From Candidatus Saccharimonadota bacterium (GTDB lineage: Bacteria; Patescibacteriota; Saccharimonadia; Saccharimonadales; DTSZ01), in NCBI GenBank assembly GCA_012965045.1, contig DTSZ01000001.1, positions 6,607 through 70,606 of the forward strand: a stretch of 64,000 nucleotides of DNA. The letters run 5' to 3'. Shown piece after piece: positions 56,837 to 64,000 of this stretch. Numbering within the stretch: position 1 is the first letter of the stretch; each line of letters starts with the position of its first letter. The notes under the pieces were generated by a model. That model searched no databases, was not told the origin of the DNA, and saw only the letters and a program-made list of their open reading frames with translations. The translations under genes and the position numbers were made by a program.

Positions 56837-58144
56837 ATGATAGACATTCAAACAATCCGCGATAATCCAGAAGCAGTAGAAGAAAACGCTCGTAATAAAG
56901 GCTATGAAGTGGACGCAACACTCATTACCAAACTTGATTCAGAGCGGAAACAATTGCTACAACAAGTCGAGACGCTTCGACAAAAACGTAACGAGCTTAG
57001 TTCGTCTATGAAAGGCGGCAAGCCAGATACCAAAACTATTACTGAAGCCAAACAAGTAAAAGAGCAGTTAGCAGACCTTGAAGAGCGCCTCGCCCCAGTC
57101 GATGAACAGCTACATGCCTTACTTAAACAGGTGCCCAATATGGCGTTGGACATTGTTCCGATTGGCCAGAGTGAAGACGAGAATGTTCAGACAGAAGAAG
57201 TCGGCACTATTCCTGAATTTAGTTTTACTCCCAAAAGTCATGCAGAACTTGGGTCTCTTCACGACTGGATTGACAAAGAACGGGCCGCAAAGGTTGCGGG
57301 TAGTCGCTTTGCTTATGTCAAAGGTGAGCTGGCGGAATTGCAGTTTGCCATTGTAAATTGGGCGCGCGATCAACTGGCTTCGACTGAGTACTTAAAAAAA
57401 CTTATCCAATCCGAAAATCTAAACGCTGACCCTACGCCATTTGTATTTACATTGCCGCCGGCCATGATAAAGACCGACATATTCGATGCCATGGACAGAC
57501 TAGAACCACGAGATGACCGCTACAGGGTTGGCAGCGACGAGGACGATATTTGGTTGCAGGGAAGTGCCGAGCACACTCTAGGAGCTATGTATGCTGGAGA
57601 AGTAATTGACGTAGCTACGCCAGTGCGTTTGGTTGGCTACCTTACAAGCTTTCGTCGTGAAGCCGGTACCTATGGGAAAGATACTGAAGGCCTAATACGA
57701 ATGCACCAATTCAATAAGTTAGAAATGGTTAGTTTTTCAACTCGTGAAAGCGGCTTAAATGAGCATCAGCTTATGGTGGCGATTCAAAAAGATCTTGTGA
57801 AGCAGCTAGGATTGCCATACCGCGTGCTTAATAAGTGCACAGCCGATATTGGCAAGCCCAACGCCAGTGGCTGGGATATAGATGTGTGGTTTCCAAGCCA
57901 AAATAAATATCGCGAAACACACACCGCAGACTATATGACCGATTATCAGGCTCGCCGCCTCAATACTCGGTACAAAGACCGCAATGGGACTTTACAGTTT
58001 GTTCACAACAATGACGCTACCGTATTTGCTGTAGATCGTTTTAGTGCAGCGGTGCTGGAAAACTTTCAGCAACAGGATGGTTCTGTTAAAGTTCCTGAAG
58101 TGTTACAAAAATACATAAACAAGGAGGTACTTGGTGAAAATTGA
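56837..58144 (+). CDS. serS: Seryl-tRNA synthetase
   Basis: The protein has an N-terminal coiled-coil arm and class II motifs (FRREAG..G.D..GLIRMHQF.K.E, and ..NNDATVFAVDR..). Confidence 0.9.
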   Translation: MIDIQTIRDNPEAVEENARNKGYEVDATLITKLDSERKQLLQQVETLRQKRNELSSSMKGGKPDTKTITEAKQVKEQLADLEERLAPVDEQLHALLKQVPNMALDIVPIGQSEDENVQTEEVGTIPEFSFTPKSHAELGSLHDWIDKERAAKVAGSRFAYVKGELAELQFAIVNWARDQLASTEYLKKLIQSENLNADPTPFVFTLPPAMIKTDIFDAMDRLEPRDDRYRVGSDEDDIWLQGSAEHTLGAMYAGEVIDVATPVRLVGYLTSFRREAGTYGKDTEGLIRMHQFNKLEMVSFSTRESGLNEHQLMVAIQKDLVKQLGLPYRVLNKCTADIGKPNASGWDIDVWFPSQNKYRETHTADYMTDYQARRLNTRYKDRNGTLQFVHNNDATVFAVDRFSAAVLENFQQQDGSVKVPEVLQKYINKEVLGEN

Positions 58145-58520
58145 TATTAAAAGTGATGGCTATGATTTAGACGACCAGTCGAAAAAATATGCAGAAAGCA
58201 AAATCGTAAAGCTTGGCAAGAAACTAAATAAGCACCAAAAAGACTCCTTGCACGCAATTGTTACCTTAAAAGAAACCAGCAAAAAGTCGGCTGATATTTT
58301 TGAGGCAGAGATATTGCTGCGTCTGCCACCAAAAGAAGAACTTATTGCTAAAGAGTCAGCACAAAATATGCTCGCTGCCTTAGATATTGTTGAATCAAAA
58401 CTCGACAGACAACTTAGAAAGTACAAAACAAAGTTTAACGAAAATAAGAAAGACCGAAAAAACTCGTTCGCCAAGCTACGAAAGTTAGCCGACAGAGATT
58501 TTTGGGGACGACAAAACTAG
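58131..58520 (+). CDS. hpf: Ribosome hibernation promoting factor / RaiA family (short form; GTG start overlapping the serS end)
   Basis: The sequence ..L.D....YAE.K..KL.K.......A.V.L.......F.AEI.L..... fits the S30AE fold pattern. An aaggagg SD is embedded in the serS 3' end, and the hpf-secA adjacency is conserved. Confidence 0.7.
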   Translation: MVKIDIKSDGYDLDDQSKKYAESKIVKLGKKLNKHQKDSLHAIVTLKETSKKSADIFEAEILLRLPPKEELIAKESAQNMLAALDIVESKLDRQLRKYKTKFNENKKDRKNSFAKLRKLADRDFWGRQN

Positions 58521-58568
58521 TAATCGAACCCAAATACTCTATACTTATATACTGAATCCTGGAGGACT

Positions 58569-61160
58569 ATGAAAACAGTACTTAAACGCCTGTTAGGTGG
58601 CGATCAGCAAGGCCGTAGACTTAAAGCGCTCAATAAGCGAGTAGCGAAAATTAATGAGCTCGCGCCAGACATAAAAAAGCTGAGCGACACACAGCTGCGT
58701 ACGCGCATGGACGAAATAAAAGCGAGTGTTAGAGCCGAAGAGGTGAGCCTAGAAACACAGCTTAACGAAGTATTTGCTATCACCAGAGAAATGTCCGAAC
58801 GAGTGCTTGAAATGCGCCACTTTGATGTTCAGTTGGTTGGCGGCATGGTGTTGCACGAAGGTGATATTGCCGAAATGCGCACCGGTGAAGGTAAAACGTT
58901 GGTTGCCACACTACCTATGGTGCTTAATGCGCTCGAAGGTAAGGGTGCTCACTTGGTGACCGTTAACGACTATCTGGCCAAGCGTGACGCAGGCTGGATG
59001 GCTCAGCTATACGATGCCCTTGGCCTCAGTGTCGGTGTTATTGCCCCACAACAGAGCTACATTTATGACCCTGAATATACCGATGACAGCCACGACGATG
59101 AACGCTTGTGGCACTTAAAGCCCTGCTCGCGCCAAGACGCTTATAAGGCTGACATTACCTACGGAACTAATAACGAGTTTGGCTTTGATTACTTGCGCGA
59201 CAACATGGTTGGTAGCCCGAAAGACTTACGGCAGCGCGAACTTCATTATGCGATTGTTGACGAGGTCGACTCGATCTTAATCGACGAAGCTCGGACACCG
59301 CTAATTATTTCTGCTCCAGCAAGTAGTAGTAGTAATCAGTACGAGGTTTTCTCAAAAGCTATTCGCATGCTAAAGCCAGACGAGCACTACGAAGTCGACG
59401 AAAAGCAACGCAGCTCAACACTAACCGATGCCGGTGTTGAGAAAATGCAGGAACTGCTTGGTATCGATAATTTGTATGACCCACAACATGTTCAAGCTGT
59501 GTACCACATGGACCAAGCTCTAAAAGCCCAGACGTTATTTAAAAAAGACAAAAACTATGTCGTTAACAACGGCGAGGTGATTATTGTCGATGAATTTACC
59601 GGACGGTTGATGCAAGGTCGACGCTACAGTGAAGGCCTTCACCAAGCGATTGAGGCTAAAGAAGGCGTTAATGTGCTGCAAGAAAGCACAACTCTTGCCA
59701 CTATTTCGTTCCAAAACTATTTTAGGTTGTACACTAAGCTCTCTGGCATGACTGGCACGGCCGAAACCGAAGCCGAAGAATTTTATCAAATATATAAACT
59801 CGATGTTGCTGTTATCCCAACTAACAAACCAATTGCTCGTGTCGACCATGCAGACAAAATTTTCAAAACAGAGAACGGTAAGTTCAAGGCAATCATTGAA
59901 GACATACAACAAAAACAAGCAGACGGTCAGCCAGTGCTGATCGGTACTGCATCTGTTGATAAAAACGAGCTATTAAGTCGCGCTTTAAGTAAGGCTGGTG
60001 TAAAACACGAAGTTTTGAATGCTAAAAACAACGAGCGTGAAGCCGCAATCGTTGCCGCAGCCGGCGAAAAGGGCGCAGTCACTCTAGCTACCAACATTGC
60101 TGGTCGTGGTACCGACATTAAACTGGCGGACGGCGTCAAAGAACTTGGCGGTCTGCATGTTATCGGTACCGAACGCCACGAGTCGCGTCGAATAGATAAC
60201 CAGCTACGTGGACGTTCCGGACGTCAGGGTGACCCCGGTTCTACTCAGTTTTATGTGTCGGCAGAAGACGAATTAATTCGAATCTTTAGCGGCGAAAAAA
60301 TGAAGGGGTTAATGGAGCGGTTCGGCGTAGATGATGAAACGCCAATACAACATAAAGCTGTTTCGCGCGTACTAGAACAAGCTCAAAAGAAAGTAGAGAA
60401 CTTTAACTTTGATTCGAGGAAGAATGTTGTTCAGTACGACGACGTTATGAACCGTCACCGTAAGAGCATTTATAGTTTACGAAAAGACATTTTAACGAAG
60501 GATCAAATAAACGAATTGGTCGAAGAAGTTATTCGCGACGAGGTTGATGCCTTACAGCAGGCTCCAGAGCCAAAAACTGAAACAATTGTTGCCGAATTTA
60601 AGCGGCTTATTCCGTTAACCAACGCTGAAGAGAAAAAACTTAAAAAGGTATCAGTTGATAACTTAGACACTGAATTAACCGATCTAGCTATTGCAAAACA
60701 CAATCAGCGTAAAGAAGAGTTTGGCGATGAAATAATGGGTCTTATGGAGCGTGAGATATATTTACGTCTACTTGATGACTTATGGATGCAGCACCTTGAG
60801 AACATGCAACATTTACGCGAAGGCATTAATTGGCGCAGTGTTGGTCAAAGAGACCCCTTAGTTGAATACCGCCGGGAAGGTCAAAACTATTTTGAAGGTC
60901 TTATGGTAGAGCTTAAGACTCGGGTCGTACAACTGCTATTTAGAACTCAGCCGCGCATTGAGCAACCTACCGAGCAAGCAGAAGTCCAAACCGAGCTAAC
61001 TAAAGCAGCCGAACAGGCGAGTACCAGCGGCGGCGGTGCAGAAGCGCCAAAATCTAAAACTAAAACTCGCACAATCAGAGGTTCAGCAAACCAAAAAGAT
61101 ACTACAACTAAAAAGTCTACCGAACGGTACCAAAAACGTAAGAAGAAAAATCGACGCTAG
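58569..61160 (+). CDS. secA: Preprotein translocase ATPase SecA
   Basis: MRTGEGKTLVA is Walker A, VDEVDSILIDEARTPLIIS is the DEAD-like block, and TNIAGRGTDI is also present. The protein is 863 aa with a basic tail. Confidence 0.95.
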   Translation: MKTVLKRLLGGDQQGRRLKALNKRVAKINELAPDIKKLSDTQLRTRMDEIKASVRAEEVSLETQLNEVFAITREMSERVLEMRHFDVQLVGGMVLHEGDIAEMRTGEGKTLVATLPMVLNALEGKGAHLVTVNDYLAKRDAGWMAQLYDALGLSVGVIAPQQSYIYDPEYTDDSHDDERLWHLKPCSRQDAYKADITYGTNNEFGFDYLRDNMVGSPKDLRQRELHYAIVDEVDSILIDEARTPLIISAPASSSSNQYEVFSKAIRMLKPDEHYEVDEKQRSSTLTDAGVEKMQELLGIDNLYDPQHVQAVYHMDQALKAQTLFKKDKNYVVNNGEVIIVDEFTGRLMQGRRYSEGLHQAIEAKEGVNVLQESTTLATISFQNYFRLYTKLSGMTGTAETEAEEFYQIYKLDVAVIPTNKPIARVDHADKIFKTENGKFKAIIEDIQQKQADGQPVLIGTASVDKNELLSRALSKAGVKHEVLNAKNNEREAAIVAAAGEKGAVTLATNIAGRGTDIKLADGVKELGGLHVIGTERHESRRIDNQLRGRSGRQGDPGSTQFYVSAEDELIRIFSGEKMKGLMERFGVDDETPIQHKAVSRVLEQAQKKVENFNFDSRKNVVQYDDVMNRHRKSIYSLRKDILTKDQINELVEEVIRDEVDALQQAPEPKTETIVAEFKRLIPLTNAEEKKLKKVSVDNLDTELTDLAIAKHNQRKEEFGDEIMGLMEREIYLRLLDDLWMQHLENMQHLREGINWRSVGQRDPLVEYRREGQNYFEGLMVELKTRVVQLLFRTQPRIEQPTEQAEVQTELTKAAEQASTSGGGAEAPKSKTKTRTIRGSANQKDTTTKKSTERYQKRKKKNRR

Positions 61161-62497
61161 TGATTGAATTTGCACAAAAACAGGTGGCAGTTGCAGGGTT
61201 TGGCGTAGAAGGTCAGGCGACAGCAAAATTTCTTCAAACACGCGGAGCGATTGTAACGGTGCTTGATGAAAACACCCAGCTTGATCAGGCAGGGCCGTAT
61301 ACGTTTAAGGTAGGTAAACAAGCGTTTTCTGATCTTGAATCATACGACTTTGTGTTTCGCACTGCTGGACTGCATCCACGGAAATTATCAGTCGATCAGT
61401 CCAAAATTCTTACCGCCTACAGCCTTCTGCTGCAAGACTACAGGCAACAGGTTATTGGGGTGACTGGGACTAAGGGCAAAGGCACTACATCGACGTTAAT
61501 CGGGCATATTTTAAAAGCCGCTGGTAAAGACGTTTATGTGGCGGGTAACATCGGCCACAGTCCACTCGACTTTTATGACCAACTAACTGCCGACTCATTA
61601 ATTGTTATGGAGCTGTCGAGTTTTCAGCTTATTGATGCGCAGCAGTCACCACATGCGGCTGTTATGTTAATGATCGAACCTGACCATATGGATTGGCATA
61701 GCAACATGGACGAATATATTGACTCAAAACTTAATCTTGTTCGATTTCAGTCAGATCTTGATATCGCTGTTTATAATCCCGAAAATCCTAACACCAAAGA
61801 TATTAGCCAGGAGTTTGAATGGGCTTTGCCATATTTGCGTGGAACTCAAGGTCATGTGCGAAATGGTTATATTTGTTTTGCCGAAAATAAAATCACTCCA
61901 GTTAGTGAAGTTGGCCTGATTGGTCCGCATAACCTCGAAAATATTTGTGCAGCAACAACTGTTTGTTGGTACATTCTAAAAGAACAGGGTTTGGATGAAA
62001 AACAGATTATTACCGCGCTTAATGCTGCAATCCGTAGTTTTAGTGGTCTGCCGCATCGTAATGAAGATCTAGGTGAGGTAAATGGGGTTCGCTACATTAA
62101 CGATACGTTCTCAGCCAACCCAATTGCGTTGCAGGCGGCATTGTCTTCTTTTGAGCAACCAAAAATTCCTATCGTTGGCGGATTTGATAAAAAAGTCGGC
62201 CAAGAAAACATTATAAAAGCGCTTATTAAATATACGGATTCGATCCGTCACGTGGTGTTGATTGGTCAAACAGCTGAGGCGATTGCTGAATTACTCCAAC
62301 ACGCAGGGTTTAGTAATTACTCGATTTTGCCGCTTAACACCAACATGAAGACGATCGTTGCTATGGCAAACAGTCATGCAGAGCCTGGAGATGTTGTGTT
62401 GCTGAGTCCGGGCCATGCTAGTTTTGATATGTTCAAAAACTATAAAGATCGCGGTGAGCAGTTTAAGCAGGCTGTCGCGGAGCTAAGCAATGAGTAG
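61160..62497 (+). CDS. murD: UDP-N-acetylmuramoyl-L-alanine--glutamate ligase homologue (MurD family; possibly the L-Glu-adding MurD2 type)
   Basis: The N-terminal Rossmann region is VAGFGVEGQA. The Mur ligase P-loop is GVTGTKGKGTTS. The protein also carries the central and C-terminal Mur ligase domains (..HRNE..NDT.SANP..). The GTG start overlaps the secA stop. Confidence 0.8.
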   Translation: MIEFAQKQVAVAGFGVEGQATAKFLQTRGAIVTVLDENTQLDQAGPYTFKVGKQAFSDLESYDFVFRTAGLHPRKLSVDQSKILTAYSLLLQDYRQQVIGVTGTKGKGTTSTLIGHILKAAGKDVYVAGNIGHSPLDFYDQLTADSLIVMELSSFQLIDAQQSPHAAVMLMIEPDHMDWHSNMDEYIDSKLNLVRFQSDLDIAVYNPENPNTKDISQEFEWALPYLRGTQGHVRNGYICFAENKITPVSEVGLIGPHNLENICAATTVCWYILKEQGLDEKQIITALNAAIRSFSGLPHRNEDLGEVNGVRYINDTFSANPIALQAALSSFEQPKIPIVGGFDKKVGQENIIKALIKYTDSIRHVVLIGQTAEAIAELLQHAGFSNYSILPLNTNMKTIVAMANSHAEPGDVVLLSPGHASFDMFKNYKDRGEQFKQAVAELSNE

Positions 62498-63698
62498 GGT
62501 CCAAACCTTCATTTTCGATCACTTTGGTTATGATGCCGACGCAAAAGTGGCTGATTTTTACTATAAAACAGATGCTGGTCATGAATTTCATGAACGGCTG
62601 GAGTTTAATCATGCCCACGTTAATGACTTTCCGCTTACAGCCCTCGAAGAAGCCCTTAAACTGTACTGGCTTTTAGCCGGTGTTTCATATTACAAGGCTC
62701 ATTTGGCTACCACAATCGAATTTAATGCTCATAATATTGATGCCTGGCAAGCCGAGAGATTAAACACAATTTACACCAATGGACTTGGCGAATTTTTGTA
62801 TATGAATGAACGAGGCCCAGATGCAGTTGCATCGTTTTTTGGCTTTCAAGACGACCGCGAAAGAACCGTGCCAAAGACTGTGGTGTCAGAGGCAGCTTTG
62901 GTGCTTATTGGCGGAGGCAAGGACTCATTAACTACTGTTAGTTTGTTTGACCAACAACGCCAACCATATGAGATTTTTAGAGTTAACCCCCAGGGCTGGA
63001 TTGTTGATCAAATGTCAGAAATTGGCGTCCCGCCCATTACTGTCGAACGCACGATTGATTCGTTTTTAACTTCTGACGAAGACCAAATGAAGGGGCATGT
63101 GCCGATAACGGCAATTATTTCGGCCAGCGCTATTATAGCTGGCATCCTTGGCGGTTTTGCCGATGTTGTTACCAGTAACGAAAAGTCTGCCGATGACCCC
63201 AACATTACAGAGTACGAGGGAATGGCCATTAACCACCAGTGGTCGAAAGGCTTAGAACTAGAAAACATAATGCAACAATGGACACGACGCTATATTAGCA
63301 GCGACCTTCGGTACTATTCGTATTTAAGAGAAATGACTGAACCGCAGATTGCCGAGATTTTTAGTCGTACAGCTTTTGAGCGGTTTAGTGGTTTGTGGTC
63401 GTCGAGTAACGAGAACTTTAAGCAAGACTCTGATGGAACATTAAGTTGGGACTTACGGTCGTCAAAAGCGATCTCTACGTTTATATTGTTGCTGCCTCAT
63501 ATTAAAAAAGAAAGCCTTATTGCAGAATTTGGCGGTAATCCGCTAGATATGGCTGAAAATAAGGACATGGTTTTGAAGTTGCTTGGCAAAAAAGACATCA
63601 AACCATTCGAGTGCGTGCCGTCGCCATATGAACTACAAGTGTCCATGGAGCAGGCAACAAAAAGCCAATGGCCAGAACTACAAGCATACTTAGGCTAG
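62490..63698 (+). CDS. Conserved hypothetical protein with a PP-loop-like GGGKDS motif; candidate MurL-type UDP-MurNAc-L-Ala-L-Glu epimerase (hypothesis)
   Basis: This 402-aa ORF overlaps the murD-like stop by 8 nt, suggesting translational coupling. The central LVLIGGGKDSLTT resembles the SGGxDS PP-loop of ATP pyrophosphatases. The CDS itself is well supported, but the functional assignment comes from context and memory only. Confidence 0.4.
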   Translation: MSRVQTFIFDHFGYDADAKVADFYYKTDAGHEFHERLEFNHAHVNDFPLTALEEALKLYWLLAGVSYYKAHLATTIEFNAHNIDAWQAERLNTIYTNGLGEFLYMNERGPDAVASFFGFQDDRERTVPKTVVSEAALVLIGGGKDSLTTVSLFDQQRQPYEIFRVNPQGWIVDQMSEIGVPPITVERTIDSFLTSDEDQMKGHVPITAIISASAIIAGILGGFADVVTSNEKSADDPNITEYEGMAINHQWSKGLELENIMQQWTRRYISSDLRYYSYLREMTEPQIAEIFSRTAFERFSGLWSSSNENFKQDSDGTLSWDLRSSKAISTFILLLPHIKKESLIAEFGGNPLDMAENKDMVLKLLGKKDIKPFECVPSPYELQVSMEQATKSQWPELQAYLG

Positions 63699-63787
63699 CA
63701 TAGTAGTGCTAGTAATACTTTAAACACACTATTGACAATTAAACAAAACTATTTACAGATAAATATTTGTATGGTTTTATAATATTT

Positions 63788-64000
63788 ATGGAAACTACAC
63801 CCTTACATCCCGAGCAAGAAGCTACATTCGAGAGATTAGCTATTCATTCGGCTAGCGAAGTTATCTCAAAATCCGAAGTCAAAGGTAGCGCAGAATCTCA
63901 ACCACCACAAGATGTCGTCATAGATAGAGCAGATCTAGGGCTGTTTGTTGCGATCGATGGTGTCGGTGGGAATGGAGGAGGTGACTTAGCGGCTGAAAGT
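63788..64000 (+). CDS. PP2C-family Ser/Thr protein phosphatase, N-terminal fragment (continues beyond the window)
   Basis: My translation is METTPLHPEQEATFERLAIHSASEVISKSEVKGSAESQPPQDVVIDRADLGLFVAIDGVGGNGGGDLAAES. It contains the PP2C motif ..lfaVaDGmGGh..G..As. Confidence 0.65.
   Translation, partial: METTPLHPEQEATFERLAIHSASEVISKSEVKGSAESQPPQDVVIDRADLGLFVAIDGVGGNGGGDLAAES

Noticed and set aside
7616-62000. Numerous 60-190-aa antisense or out-of-frame track ORFs nested in large conserved genes (for example 8711-9130, 20399-20956, 21255-21752, 22070-22657, 22512-23021, 44720-45118, 46523-46978, 55843-56343)
   Set aside because: Each is fully embedded in, or antisense to, a gene with strong family motifs. 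They have low-complexity Ser/Cys/Arg-rich translations typical of shadow ORFs.

Overview
This is a tightly packed, almost entirely housekeeping chromosomal segment. It carries a 23S-5S rRNA unit followed by about 60 protein genes. These cover translation (rpsA, infB, def-fmt, rpsU, map, ileS, rplU, prfA-prmC, rpmE, rpsB-tsf-frr, proS, lysS, serS, hpf), replication and repair (priA, recJ, nrdR-nrdJ), division and envelope (ftsA-ftsZ, a SEDS protein, parAB, lepB, an LCP protein, htrA, mreBCD-PBP2, a murD-like gene) and secretion (secA). Many genes abut or overlap by 1-30 nt. TGA terminates genes (for example ileS), so the standard bacterial code applies. Several features point to a reduced-genome Patescibacteria/CPR organism, most plausibly Saccharibacteria: the pared-down gene content, an LPXTG substrate, an oversized 23S rRNA with AT-rich insertions, and truncated conserved clusters. 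That lineage call is an inference from memory, not a search result. I found no CRISPR array, transposase, integrase, phage gene, tRNA or recognisable defence island, and I cannot point to a clear new multi-gene system. The items I think deserve a second look are:
- (1) a roughly 0.5 kb ORF-free, hairpin-dense gap (27037-27538) with nested long-range complementarity, a candidate unassigned structured RNA;
- (2) an ileS T-box leader with an Actinobacteria-like very short specifier hairpin;
- (3) a roughly 3.47 kb 23S rRNA with four discrete AT-rich insertions, one at the classical helix-25 IVS site, no 16S or spacer tRNAs upstream, and a very long flanking processing duplex;
- (4) LysRS fused to a C-terminal 162-aa PTH2/DUF2000-like domain;
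- (5) a translationally coupled murD-like gene plus a gene with a PP-loop-like motif, a possible MurD2/MurL-type route to D-Glu;
- (6) two tandem paralogous P-loop kinase-like genes wedged between prfA and prmC;
- (7) a minimal ProRS without the INS editing domain, and an IleRS with an HHGT variant of the HIGH motif.

All calls come from reading the supplied ORF translations and the nucleotide sequence by eye. RNA element boundaries are approximate (about +/-5-10 nt). No database search or folding program was run.
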